A stretch of 64,000 bases of DNA from Octopus sinensis (Eukaryota): assembly GCF_006345805.1 (NCBI RefSeq), contig NC_043018.1, forward strand, positions 17,112,001-17,176,000, in the 5' to 3' direction. Positions 1 through 13,938 of this stretch are shown piece after piece; within the stretch, counting starts at the first letter, position 1, and every line of letters begins with the position of its first letter. The translations under genes and the position numbers were made by a program. The notes below the pieces were generated by a model that saw nothing but the letters and a program-made list of their open reading frames with translations, did not search any database and had not been told where the DNA came from.

Positions 1-144
1 ACACATATATACACATGCACAGATAATTATATATAAATTATCTATAATGTCTATCAACAATGTTTGATTTAGCATCCACATTTCGTTAAATATATTCCTT
101 TGAAGTCATTAAAAGTTAGTTCTTTAAAATATGGTGTGAATCGA

Positions 145-216
<72 letters not shown>

Positions 217-250
217 ATATCTATCTATCTATCTGTCTTATCTATCTATT
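145..250. repeat. (TCTA)n microsatellite
   Basis: Direct tandem TCTA run; one of many (TA)n, (GATA)n, (CA)n and (TACA)n tracts in the window. Confidence 0.95.
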
Positions 251-784
251 TGTTTGTTTTCTAACTATCTATCTGCCTATAAGTTTGGTTATCTATTCAT
301 CTATATCTTCAAAAAAGTATTTTCGTACATGCATATAAATTATACGCACACACACACTTACACACACGCACACACTTGCAAGCAGGCACACACACACCTA
401 CTCACACATACACATGCACATATAGACACATCTATACATGCAATATATACAAATACTTAATCACATATATATATTTGTAACAGAGTGCGTGTGTACGACA
501 GATGAAAAAAATGATTCATTTTTTACGAAGATCATTTAATTAGCGTCATTAAAATATTGGAGAACATTGCATTATCTCATAATAGAATGTCAATGAAGAA
601 TCCTTTTGTCTTGAAAAGAAAGCGATAATTTCATTTGATGTAACCTCGTAAATACCAATAAAGCAGAAAAAATATATCTATGTGTGTCTATATATGTGTG
701 TGTGTTCGTGTGTGTGTATATATATGACTCTATGTATATACACATATAGATAAGCACACACACCACACACCATATATATATGTA

Positions 785-843
<59 letters not shown>

Positions 844-1031
844 CCAACACAAATTACAATACAATAGAAACATTTCTAAAGGTAGTGTTTTATGGAGCTA
901 AAATAATGAAATAAAGAAGCAGCAAATTAACTTGCATTTTCTCCGGTTTATCTGAATAGTATATTTTTAAATTTTTTTTATATTATCTAGTTTCAGCTCA
1001 CGAGCTGTAGCATTGCTGGGGCACCGCCATT

Positions 1032-1064
<33 letters not shown>

Positions 1065-2029
1065 TATAATATATATTATATATATATATATCATTGATAA
1101 TTTCTATATATATAATGTATGTATGTATATCTAGATATATATATATATATGTGTACACATATATATATATGTATATATATATATGTATGTATATATATGT
1201 ATATATATATGTATATATATGTATATATATATATATATGTATATGTGTGTATGTGTAGATATATAGATAGATATGTAGATTGATAGATACTTTAATATCG
1301 AACAGTGAAAACACCCCATTAGTGAATACATTTTCTTTATTCTTGGATTAACCAAACTAACAATGGTTTCATGTTGAGCGAGATCAACATCACAGATGAA
1401 CGCTGTACCAAAAAAGATATAACGGAAGAATAAGAAATACCTTTGAAATAAGATATAGGAAAAAACCGGCTTCGGTCGGAGACAAAGACAAAACCGAAAT
1501 CCATATTCAATAAGGTTTAGACGGTGAAAGAAAGAAACGTGAACAGCACTGAGATTACCGGGCTCATTATTGTTACAGTCTAGAAATACCAGGGGGGGAG
1601 GAAGAAGCAAATGGGGACAGTGCTGCACTAAATATTATTACGTGAAAAGCAAATTGTTTAAATATTGGGATTGAAACTTTCTCCCTCTGTAATTACAAGC
1701 AACAGTTCACACTACGATATTTCAAGCCTGATCCATCACCTACATTGTCCCCCCACCCCCCACCCCAACCTGGAAAAGTGTTTTCTCTGAATGTCAACTA
1801 TAAGGGCATGGCGCATATCCATTACATCACCAGAAATGCAAGAAAGTCCCTGAGCTTACAGTGAGGCGAGTAATCCCGGGACGTAAGCTGGAGGTCAAAG
1901 TATGTGGCATATTTGTGAAATTCCACAATTATGTGCCAATATCTAAATAAGAACAAAATAAATAATGCAGATGCAGAGATGTGTGCCTGCATGTATTAAT
2001 ATATATATATATATTATATATATATATAT

Positions 2030-2060
<31 letters not shown>

Positions 2061-2121
2061 GATATAATGTATATATATAATGTATAATATATATATATAT
2101 AATATATATATGTATATATAT

Positions 2122-2157
<36 letters not shown>

Positions 2158-2387
2158 TATATATATATATATATATATATATAGTGTGTGTGTGTGTGTG
2201 TGGTGTGTGTGTGTGTGTGGAGGGCAATGGCCCAGTGGTTAGGGCAGCGGACTTGTGGCAGCTGATTCTTTGAAGATATAGATTTGCGGAAATATTTGAA
2301 TTATTGCCTCCTATATTCCCAGTTTACTTACGTAATATTAAAAATTGAATCTCCACACATATTTCAGCCTATGTTCTATGTCGCGCT

Positions 2388-2503
2388 TTGTGGAGGCGCA
2401 ATGGCCCAGTGGTTAGGGCAGCGGACTCGTGGTCATAGGATCGCGGTTTCGATTCCCAGACCGGGCGTTGTGAGTGTTTATTGAGCGAAAACACCTAAAG
2501 CTC
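2388..2503 (+). mobile_element. SINE family C, 5' part only (a second head fragment lies at ~2218-2262)
   Basis: Near-identical to the first ~115 nt of the full copy at 60283; ends in a (TA)n tract. Confidence 0.85.
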
Positions 2504-2508
2504 CATAT

Positions 2509-2555
<47 letters not shown>

Positions 2556-3036
2556 CCACCTGTCTAATTCTCTTATCCCTAAATTATCTCAATCTATCTA
2601 CCGATCTGTCTCTCTTTCTCTCTCTCTCATGCATGCAGATTTTATGTGTGCCTGTGTGCATGAACGTATATGTATGTACACCCTTCATTATATCCGTAGA
2701 AAAATATTGCTAACAAATTATGTATTACATCGTATATTAAATATTCTCGAGGTATTTAAACCACTTGCTCGTAATTTTTTGTTCTCATAAAACCAGATAA
2801 AGTGGAAGGTAAGTGAGTCGTGTTATTTCTGCTAAACTCATACCGAAGTTTTATTTCTCTTCGGTAAAAAAAAAATATAATATACATTCTGCTGTGGGTT
2901 TGGGGAGTGCATTCATGTATACACACAAAACTCCCCACACGCACACACACCCACACTATATATATATATATATAGGCATGTTATTATATTATATATATCT
3001 ATATATATATGTGCGCATATATACATGCATATATAT

Positions 3037-3081
<45 letters not shown>

Positions 3082-3152
3082 TATATATATATGTATGTAT
3101 ATAAATTGATAGATATAAATATATATATATATAGATAAATAGATAGATAAAT

Positions 3153-3225
<73 letters not shown>

Positions 3226-3769
3226 GTAGATAGGTAGATATCTACATGGAGAAACAGCCTGACAGGTTAAGAGCGGAGAGATAAATAGGATACATATACA
3301 AGTACATGCATGCGTTACGAGAGAGAGAGTTGCACAGAGAGAGAGAGGGGGGTTTAGAGAGAGAGAGAGAGAGAGAGTGAGAGAGAGGGCTAGAGAGAGA
3401 AAAAGAAATTCACCGATGAAATACACCAATCGTCAATTCTAAGTACTTGTATAAGTCGTCAATAATATATTTCTATTGATGTATTAAATAAAATTTCCTA
3501 TATAACTCCATGTGGCTACCATATAGATTCTTAAGTGCATTCTTGACTGTTCATTCTGAATTGAAATTGTTTTTGATTTAGAATCGAACTGGAAATTTGC
3601 TGAAACGAAAGAATATGGAATATAATTGCTTCCAAAGAATCCGCCATGGATGCTTAAGAAATAATTGCATTCCAGTTGAAATGGAATTCGTTTGTGGTCT
3701 GTTAACTTATTCGCATCACTGAACCAGCATTCCAAAAGATAATTCTCAGGTGTCTCCAAAAGATAATTC

Positions 3770-3810
3770 TCTACCTGTCTCTGAACACTTTGTGTTCAGA
3801 GACAGGTAGA
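3770..3810. repeat. Perfect 19-bp inverted repeat with 3-nt loop, next to a 16-bp direct repeat
   Basis: tctacctgtctctgaacac-ttt-gtgttcagagacaggtaga; ccaaaagataattctc occurs twice just upstream. Confidence 0.9.
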
Positions 3811-4012
3811 TTCGATTATTGTTTTCAAGTAGATGATAACATATATCGAGGGCCAACATTTCGGTATGCTAAAGCGGACGCAATTCTAGGCAGGTTCGAT
3901 ATCAACCTATTCCTTAGCAACAAAGTGTGCTTAAAATAGGGCTGTACGTTTTACAATTTCGATCTTTTCCACATTCACGAAGTTGTCTATGTAACGGTTT
4001 AGAGACTACTCA

Positions 4013-4242
4013 GCGGCGAGCTGGCAGAAACGTTAGCACGCCAGGCGAGATGCTTAGTGGTGTTTCGTCTGCCGTTACGTTGTGAGTTCAAATTCCGCCG
4101 AGGTCGACTTTGCCTTTCATCCTATCGAGGTCGATAATTCAAGTACCAGTTACGCACTGGGGTCGATGTAATCGACTTAATACCTATGTCTGTCCTTGTT
4201 TGTCCCCTCTATGTTTAGCCCCTTGTGGGTAATAAAGAAATA
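4013..4242 (+). mobile_element. SINE family B (tRNA-like head), full length
   Basis: gcggcgagctggcagaaacg...gagttcaaattcc head; 17-bp TSD ggtttagagactactca at 3996-4012 and 4243-4259. Confidence 0.92.
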
Positions 4243-4499
4243 GGTTTAGAGACTACTCATCATCTTGAAGACCAGAAACTAAGATCCCTTAAATAAGGTT
4301 CACAACGAACTAAATGAGGATCGTTGATCGCAAATGACGTACATCGTCAGCAGTTTTCATGTGCAGACATCGACGTTTGGGTTTAGAAGACGAACATTGA
4401 TATAAAGAACCTAACAGTAATCTTGTAGGCCTGGCAACTGTCTTAGGTATCTCTTTCTTTCTCCTTGTCACAATATTCAAAGAACACACTCGTTATTAT

Positions 4500-4718
4500 T
4501 TACTCTTTACTCTTTTACTCTTTTACTTGTTTCAGTCATTTGACTGTGGCCATGCTGGAGCACCGCCTTTAGTCGAGCAAATCGACCCCGGTACTTATTC
4601 TTTGTAAGCCCAGTACTTATTCTATCGGTCTCTTTTGCCGAACCGCTAAGTGACGGGTACGTAAACACACCAGCATCGGTTGTCAATCAATGCTAGGGGG
4701 ACAAACACAGACTCACAA

Positions 4719-4769
<51 letters not shown>

Positions 4770-4929
4770 TACGACAGGCTTCTTTCAGTTTCCGTCTACC
4801 AAATCCACTCACAAGGCATTGGTCGGCCTGGGGCTATAGCAGAAGACATTTACCCAAGGTGCCACGCAGTGGGACTGAACCCAGAACCATGTTGTTGGTT
4901 AGCAAGCTACTTACCACACAGCCACTCCT
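4500..4929 (-). mobile_element. SINE family A (tRNA-like head, internal TA/TG microsatellite, gagtaaaa-repeat tail)
   Basis: Reverse complement matches copies at 10713, 52721, 62511 and 63575. Confidence 0.92.
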
Positions 4930-5931
4930 CATTTTAATTAATATTCGATTTATTCAATTAAATATTCATTATCTGAATGTTCGTAGATGACACGATACAT
5001 CTCACATTGGAGTGTGAAACACAACAAAACTTAGCCAAAGAAACTGAAATATAATTATTCAATATTTTTACTCAATCAAAAGTCAACAATCTTTTAAAGA
5101 TCATTTATTACACACACACACACATTCTCTCACACACACACACATATATATATATATAATATATATATATATATATACATCCGTGGGTCTTTAGTTAGTT
5201 AGTTAGTTAGTTAATTTTTCGCTCAAAAGCAAATAGCAAGGCCATGTAGGGAGACATGGAGTTAAGTACAGGGTGGTGTTCATGTAAAGAGTTCAGGCCA
5301 CTTGAGGTCAAGGGAGACTCGACCAACTTATTTTCTTTGAGGTAAAATTAACGCTCTGATCTATTTTATATTTTCTAAACTCCGCACAAGCTGAGTAGAA
5401 ACGGTTTGTTGTGCTTAATTCTTGAAGATTTACCTAGCAGCTTATAGTTAATCATGATCTCAACTCCATCGCTGCCAATAATTCACGGGGGAAATCCTGA
5501 CTATTCATCTTCTATATCACAAATAAAAGAGTGTGCAAACACAAAGTATGCACACACACACACACATGTTCACAAAGAGAGACACATTAATAAGCACAGA
5601 GGCACACATATGCACACACTCACTCGAAATGAAAGAAATAGCTCAAGATGGCCATTGGGCAGGAATTTGAATAACAGACATAAATATCATACCTTAAACA
5701 CCACATAGAGTGTATAATAAACATACACACACACACACACATATATATATATGTGTGTGTGTCCGTGTCCATGATATAAATATATATTATAATATATTAT
5801 ACATATTATATATATATATATATTATGTAATATTATATATATATATACACAGTTAATATTTCTAACTTTCTGTCTATCTATTTATCTATCTGTCTGTCTG
5901 TTATTACATTATCTATCTACTTCTCTGTATA

Positions 5932-6003
<72 letters not shown>

Positions 6004-6863
6004 GTACGTATATAAATACAGATACATTGACAGGTAGATAGATAAATGTACAAACAGACAGACATATAGATAAATAGATAGATAGAAAGTTAGATAGAAA
6101 TATTAAATATCTACCTGTTAGTATGAATATGTAGGAGTAAGCTTAAAAACACATTGCCTGTGCAGCCTATTAGATATGTATGTATGTGAGTGTATGCAAA
6201 GGTGTGTCAACAAAGATATATTCCATATCATAAAATGCATTAATCAGAATATGCTAACGCGAAAATTGACATCCAAATTTAGTCTCCGCCACAGATATCA
6301 GATGAAGTCTTGAGTTTACTTATTTCAGCTAATTTTTCTCCCAGTCGAACTGCGACATCAACGGTAATCTATTTCTTGAATTTATGAGAAACAGAAGGCA
6401 GAAATTAATTTGAATATCTGCAGCAAGATAGCGATACTAGACTCAAAATATGTGTAGGTGTTTTATAAAGAAGCCGAGAAATGTTACGCGGGTTCTTTGC
6501 AGGAAGATTCAGACAACAAATCGTGAATTGTAGCGAGTTGCCAATAAGTTGCAAGAATGTGCATAATTTGTTTCAGTGAGAATGGTAGGGTTGTCTTATT
6601 GAGCTTATTACAGTTATTCTAAGGCTGATGAAATTCCTTCAAACGATATATATATTATATATATATATATATATATATTATATAATATATATATATATAT
6701 AATACATAAATATATATATATATATAATATATATATATGTATATAATCTAACAATTAAGGATAAAATCTTAATAAGAAATCTTAACAAGAAATTATCAGG
6801 TAGTAATGACTTTGAAAGTCCCTCCTAGCGTGTGGCATTTATGTGTATAATGCCCTCTTTATA

Positions 6864-6903
<40 letters not shown>

Positions 6904-7209
6904 CTTTCATAAAAAATTTTCTATCGTCTTGACTAACAGCCTCACCGTCTGTTTTTACAGCCTTTTTCTCACTGTTTTGTTCTTGTTACCAATTACACCC
7001 CCCGCAAAAAATCCCAAATTTTATTTAATATGCTTTTATTTAATTACGAAGTCGCATATTGTCCTTGCGTTCGTTACACAGAGTATTTTGAAACAGGGAC
7101 AACTGATGAAGGGGAATATTCTTTATATTTCATGTCTCGTTTCTCTGTTCCTTTTTTTCGTTGTCTGAAAAGATGGTTGGTTTTCTATGCCTATGTTTTT
7201 TATGTTTTG

Positions 7210-7984
7210 GAACTGGCAGAGAAAAGGAAATGCTCTAACACTGCTATAGAGAAGCATCTTCACTCGATGGGAAAGGTTCAGAAGAATGGAGCATAAGTTC
7301 CGCATGCTTTAAGTGAAAACAACAAAAATCAACGAGCCACAATCTTTTGCTGGTCTGCTTGCTCGTCACTGCTCAACTAATGGACACAAGCAACGAATTA
7401 TTTACCCAATCGTTACTGGCGACGAAAAATGGTGCCTGTACATCAATATGAAGCAGCGTAAGGAATGGCTTAGCTCCGGTATACAAGCGACAACGGGCGT
7501 GAAACAAGATCTTCATCCGCTTAAAACGATGTTGTGCATATGGTGGGACTGGAAAGAGATTATCCATTATGAATTGCTTGAAAGGAACCAAACGGTTAAC
7601 GCAGAACTCAGTGTTCAACAGATGGAACGACTCAACACGGCTATTCAAGAGAAAAGACCTAATCGGCAGCATGGAGTTCTTCTGCACGACAACGCCCTCC
7701 CTCATATCGCCAATATGACCAAGGAAACCATTCAAACTCATCGTTCGGAAGTGCTGCCACATCCGCTGTACTCTCTTGATTTGGCACCAACGGATTTCCA
7801 CCTCTTTCGATCTCTTTCAAATGCTATGCGCGGAGTTTTGCTCAATACTGGTGCAGAATTGAGAGCTTGGTTGGATCAATTTTTCGAGTCAAAATCGAGT
7901 GATTTCTACCAACGAGGTATTGAAAATCTTGTTGAATTTTGGGAAGAAGTTGTAAACAACAAGGGTGAATACATTATTCATTAA
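7210..7984 (+). mobile_element. Mariner (DD34D) transposase pseudogene, 5'-truncated
   Basis: ORF 7313-7984 has IVTGDEKW, CIWWD, LHDNA and HPLYSLDLAPTD with D34D spacing; WVPHxL is degraded to stop-VPHAL just upstream. Confidence 0.92.
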
Positions 7985-8406
7985 TTAGTTGTCATTTTTT
8001 ATTAAACATTAAAAAAAATTTAAATTAAAGAAAATAGTTTTTTCAGATTATATTGGTTTTCCATATATTCACTAATGTAATGTCGATTCATATATATTCA
8101 GGTTGAAGTGTATCTAATTATTCTTTTACTACATAAGTCATTTAGATGTTATTAGATAATCATACTGTTAATCAGAAAATGGTAATTAGAAAATATTTGA
8201 AAAAATGTGTTCACGAAGGATTGAATTAAAATGAATCTTCCATGAGCGTAACACATACACACACACATATATAGACATACATACACACACATACTAGCAT
8301 AAACACGTGTATTTTTTGCATGTGTGAGTAGGTGTATATGCATATATGTATAGATATATATATGCATCTCTCTGTTTACCTCTCTCTCCCTTTCTATCTC
8401 TCTCTC

Positions 8407-8460
<54 letters not shown>

Positions 8461-8996
8461 ATATATATATATAGTTAATGTAGGGTCTCATAAGGCTCTC
8501 ACAGACCCTTTCCACCCAAGAAATATGATTAAGAGGCATGCAAGGGTAAAGTTTCAAATCAAACTATGGGCTTTGATTTCAAGCTGCCCTTTTGGCGTCT
8601 TATTTCAGGAAAAGCTGAAAGGTTACCTGCAATTTGGATCTCAGCCATAAATCTGCATGCCTTAGAATATTTACGTTTACATCCCCGAAATAAATTTTCA
8701 GAATTTACCAGATAAAAATGACATTTGAAGAAATCATGTTCCTTTTTGCCGTTCAGTGTATGCCTAAGGTAAACCGATTTCGTAGATCATATTTCTCTGC
8801 AACCTGATGAACGTAGCTTTGCAAACGAAAGAAGTACACATGCGATATGCCTAAAGTATTCAGAATCGAGTTACAAGACCTGGGTCAGGTCAAGTAGGAA
8901 TTATTTCCTTGGAATCACTGTTGATACAATTAAAGATGCCTGCTCTTGGATACTAGCTGTCTCTCATCATCCCAGTTGCTATTATTCCACAGATGC

Positions 8997-9390
8997 AAGG
9001 CGGTGACCTGCCAAAATCGTCAGCGCGCCAGGAGAAATGCATAATAGTAATAATTCGTCTGTCTTTACGTTCAGAGTTCAAATTCTACCGAGGTCAACGT
9101 CACCTTTTATTATTTAGGGGTCGATAAAATATGTACCAGTTAAATACTGAGGTCGACTTGACCCCTCTCGCAAGATTGCTGAATTTGTATGAAAATCTTC
9201 CTAAGAAATGTAGGCAGCGAGCTAGCAGAACCGTTAACACACCGGACAAAATGATTATTGTTATTTCATCCGTCTTACGTTTTGAGTTCAAATTCTGAGG
9301 CGGTCAACTTTACTTTTATTATTTTGGGGTACATAAAATAAGTACTAGTTAAGCCCTGGTGTCAATGGGATCGACTTTCTCTCACGTCGA
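8997..9390 (+). mobile_element. Two degenerate tandem SINE family B copies
   Basis: Two gagttcaaatt...gtcgac...aagtaccagt blocks at ~8997-9185 and ~9214-9390. Confidence 0.75.
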
Positions 9391-9396
9391 AACTTG

Positions 9397-9555
9397 ACAT
9401 TTCTTTAATTCGAGATAAAAATGAAGTAAATTTAAATATTGTTTTGTTCTTTAGTCCCACTTCTCCAACAAATCTGTATATGACTAAAAGAGGACCATAT
9501 TTAACTACCTTGTCTTATGTTTCAGCATTGTCTATTAAGGACTTCAGCATCCATG
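9397..9555. repeat. Unclassified dispersed repeat, copy 1
   Basis: Aligns with 15418-15567; the last ~110 nt align without gaps at roughly 80-85% identity by eye. Confidence 0.8.
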
Positions 9556-10364
9556 GAATTTTCGGTCTTGTGCCAAAATTGGAACCAATATTCTAAAGGC
9601 GACTGTAAACATATGTAACAAATCTTTCGAATTATTTCTCTGTAAATCAAAGCATTTAAAAAAGAAACTATAAAAGAGAGCTTCACAAGTTCAATATTCA
9701 CAGGTTAGATCAGGGAAACGAAGTCGATTGTATAGTGTCTTTAGACATGCTGAAATCAAGTGATAATATTGCTTCAATTTAAACGAAATCGTAACAGAAA
9801 TAAGGCACGTAAGATTAATTCAGTCTTTACCATACGACGTCTGCAGTAAAATAATCTTAACAATCACAATAGAAAGAAAAACAACATGTAAAGTATCACA
9901 CAGAAAATTATTAAAATTTCTCTCGCGTACAAATCAAAAAGGAGAGAAGAAAAGAAAACACGAATAAACGAGAAAGAAACAATTGATAAAGTAAGTTTTA
10001 AAAAACGATTTATTCAGTAGACCGAAACAATTTCAAATCTACATTATTGTATAATTATACAAATATTTAAAACTTATTCTTTTTAAAGAACTCAATTTAC
10101 CCAAAATAACTAATGAATATTCAAAGATGAGATGAAAGTGTAGAATACAAAGCATTTTTTTTATAAATGAATGATTCTTCGAATCGAATCTTTGAAGATA
10201 ATCGAATTTATTGAATTTGTTATTGTAAAAAAAATCTGGCGTTATGAAAAAGATTTGCTTTATCATAATGTACGCTTATGAAGGATGTATGTTCATGCGT
10301 GGGTTTATGTCTAAGTGTATATATATATTTGTGTCTATATATGTATGAGGTATGCATATATATA

Positions 10365-12006
10365 TTTTGGGTCATCCCATAATTAATTCAATTTTTATAT
10401 TTCTTTTATTTATTCAAAATTATGATTTTGAAAGTATAGTAAATTGCTTTTCTCCTTTACTTCCTACAATGCTTTCCCAACTATCTGATAGACTTGCAAG
10501 CGCCCTCTTCCAAAATTTAATTGCCCATGACAAAAAATACTCGTCCATTACTGTTTCACCTCGTCTATAGAATTCATATTTTCCCGTTCAAATGATTTTG
10601 AAGACTGCGGAATAAAAGATAATCAGATGGGACAATGTCCAGGAAATATGGTGGGTGGGGCATTGTTTCCCATTCGCAGCCTTTTGAATGCCATCCTGAC
10701 TGTATGTGGCCAAGGAGTGGCTGTGTAGTAAGTAGCTTGCTAACCAACCACATGGTTCCGGGTTCAGTCCCACTGCGTGGCACCTTGGGCAAGTGTCTTC
10801 TGCTATATCCCCAGGCCGACCAATGCATTGTGAGTAGATTTAGTAGACGGAAACTGAAAGAAGCCTGTCGTATATATGTATATATATGTGTGTATGTGTG
10901 TGTGTTTGTGTGTGTGTGTTTGTCCCCCTTAGCATTGCTTGACAACTGATGCTGGTGTGTTTACGTCACCGTCACTTAGCGGTTCGGCAAAAGTACTGGG
11001 TTTACAAAGAATAAGTCCCGGGGTCGAGTTGCTCGACTAAAGGCGGTGCTCCAGCATGGCCGCAGTCAACTAACTGAAACAAGTAAAAGAGTAAAAGAGT
11101 AAACGAGTAAGCATTATCCTGATGGAAGAGCACCTTTAGTCTTGAAACCAAAGATGGTGTTTTTTCTTCTAGCGCTGACATAAGCTGCTCAGGCTGCTCG
11201 TAGTAGACCTCCTTTGTTATCGTTTAATTTGTATTTAAAAGGTCTGACTGGGCTAAATATTTCATATCCCGCCAAAACAGTTAACAACACCTTACGTGGG
11301 TAAAGACCTTCTTTAGCCTGGGGTGCCGGTGTTTCTCCTTTCCTTACTCACTGGCTTCGGCGCTTGACAGTTTTATAGAGAACCCATTTTTCATCACCAG
11401 TCACTATTCGGTCGAAACATTCGTGAGACGTGAAGGCAAAGAAGAGAGCACATTCACCCTCTGAGCGCGATTAGACTCTGAAAGCTTGTGGGGAACCCAT
11501 TAGCCTAATTTGCAGATATTTCAATCGCACGCAGCTGTCGATGAATAACCAAACCCAAGCTTCTCTGCTAGTTCCTTAATAGTTACGATAGGATTTTGTT
11601 CCACCAGGTTTACTAGACGCCTTCGTCGAACTCTGCAGATCTTGCAGAATGAGGCTCATCTTCTAGGCTGTAGTTTCCGGCTCGGAATTAATGTAACCAC
11701 CGTTGACACCCGCTTATGCTTATTGTCCGATCCCCATACACTGCATTAGTATTCCTCGTACTTTCCGTTGTGTTGTTGCCTTATTGAAATATGCTGAGTA
11801 CGTTCCTTTGTCACTTCCATTATAGCTCTGAAAGAATAAGTGTTAAATTCGAACCGCACGCTTCAAATGTTGCACTAAGAATAAGTACAAGGCAAAATCA
11901 CTACCTGCTTTTATAGCAAAGTTGATGCAGTTAGTTTATCCCTACTGCATCCGACTTTTAGTTCATGCAATTGAAAAAAAGCACGTTATTTATGGGATGA
12001 CCCCAA
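10365..12006 (-). mobile_element. Full-span mariner element, degenerate transposase, interrupted by a SINE
   Basis: Terminal inverted repeats (TIRs) ttttgggtcatcccataattaa / ttatttatgggatgacccc with TA flanks; minus-strand VTGDEKW, FHQDNA, PHT and HPPYxxDxxPSDY motifs. Confidence 0.88.
10713..11107 (+). mobile_element. SINE family A inserted in the mariner
   Basis: Complete head and tail; splits the transposase between HQDNA and xPHT. Confidence 0.92.
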
Positions 12007-12596
12007 TATATATATATAGGGAGAATTCACGAAAAAACAAAAGACGAAGACAGGTGGTGTATATATATATATATATATATATATGCATATATGTATGTAT
12101 GTATCTATGTATGTTTGTATGTGTATGTGTGTGTCATTGTATTTGAGATGCAATGTATGTTATTTATGCCCTACGAATCTGACAATTGTTAAACATAAGA
12201 GAAAAAGGATGAGGATGACTAGATTTCCCCTGTAGAGTATCACAGTGCTTTGTTGGTTAAAATGTTTTCGAAGAATCTATAGAATATAATTTCCCATTAA
12301 AAATATTGATACGAAAATATAAAAGCATTATAAAACATATTTAGAAAGAAAGCAACATAACATTAGTATTTATTCTGATTTAATTCTCTGCAGTAAGCTA
12401 TTTCTTAAATATTTGCTGAAATTTACGTGAGATTGAATTACGCCTTTATGATTGGGCATTAGAGTATGCGTGGTTTTTTTCCTGTTTATGTGTGTACATA
12501 CATGCAGCGGTGTTTGTATGCGCATCTTCAAATATATGTATTTTTGTATGTGCAAGTGTGTGTGTATGCGCGTGTCTAAGTATAGATATATGCATA

Positions 12597-13446
12597 CAGG
12601 ATGCGATGGGTAAATTGTCGCCGTTATTATATATTTAATTTCGCGCATATGCAAGGTTTTCCTTTGATTTTGTCGACTACGCAATTTAGTAGAATTAGTT
12701 GGGCATCATCTGTCAGAAAAACAGCACCATGGCACAATTCACCCCGACAGAAATTTGGTAACAGCATGCTGTACTGCTTGGCATTTGCGCCGGAAGCTTC
12801 AATACGAACATTCCAGAGTGTTTGGGTGTCACTCTGAGGATATTGTAGATGATTCGAAAATAGTTGGATGAGTCTAATTGTGATTAGGAAGGTGCTTGGC
12901 GTGATCGCTAGAGATCAGAACGTTATGCCTACATTCGTCTTCCCACACGGCCTCACACTCAACACGGAGGCCTACATCAAGTGCCTGGAGGAGGTAGCGC
13001 TGCTCTGGATCAAGTGGGTGGCTGCTGGAAGACAGTATGGTTGGTAACAGGACTCTACACCATGCCACACAAGCAGAGAACCCAGTCATGGCTGTCAGAC
13101 AATTTCAGCGACCACATCACCCCTAACATTTGGCCACCTAACTCCCGAGACTCCAATCCTCTTCATTTTTATGTGTGGGGCGCAGTTGCGCGGGTGATCA
13201 ACAAAACTCCGTTTAACACCAAAGATGAACTGAGGGCACGGATTATGGAAACATTCACCAACTTAAACAAGGAGACCATCCAGAAGAGTTGCAGGAGACT
13301 CCGAAGTCGTATGGAAGCCGATGTTGAATCCAGTGGCGATTTTATTGAATAAAATGTAATTTTGGTAAATATATCTGTTAAACTAAGATGTCAGTGTTAT
13401 TTTCATTTTTGCGAAATTTAATCGACAATTTATTCACCGCATCATG
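12597..13446 (+). mobile_element. Internally deleted Tc1/mariner element, DD37D (maT-type)
   Basis: Imperfect ~25-bp TIRs (caggatgcgatgggtaaattgtcg / cgacaatttattcaccgcatcatg); N-terminal MAQFTPTEIW; C-terminal QDS...WPPNSxDxNPLxFYVWG. Confidence 0.85.
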
Positions 13447-13661
13447 TTCGTTGATACACCTGTCTATATGCACTTATCTATGCATGTATGTCGGAATGTA
13501 TGTATGCACAAACGAACATATAGGCACGCATGTATGCACAGGTGTAGACATAGGTATGCATTTTGATAAACATGTTTCATCACACATTCTCATGCAAATA
13601 AATTGGAATGTTTTGATCCTTCATGGAAGTTGGTATATCTCTCTCATTGAAAATATTTATG

Positions 13662-13748
<87 letters not shown>

Positions 13749-13773
13749 AGCTCTCTATCTATCTATCTATCTA

Positions 13774-13830
<57 letters not shown>

Positions 13831-13904
13831 ATCAAACTAGCTATACACTCACATATATATTTCATGTCCATATGTATTTAAACCCGTGTGTGCATTTGAG
13901 TATG

Positions 13905-13938
<34 letters not shown>

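Noticed and set aside
1440-2808. Exon candidates at 1860-1942 (-), ~1441-1579 (-) and the 12-nt 2797-2808 (+)
   Set aside because: Plausible splice signals on opposite strands, no recognisable peptide, and within chance expectation.
3484-3759. 91-aa complex-looking minus-strand ORF
   Set aside because: No convincing splice sites or recognisable domain, and it begins beside a rearrangement scar.
6625-7120. Isolated CTGATGA heptamers (6625 and 7103; also ~8805, ~24990, ~25050, ~56650)
   Set aside because: No correctly placed GAAAC/stem III/NUH, so compatible with chance or with remnants too damaged to call.
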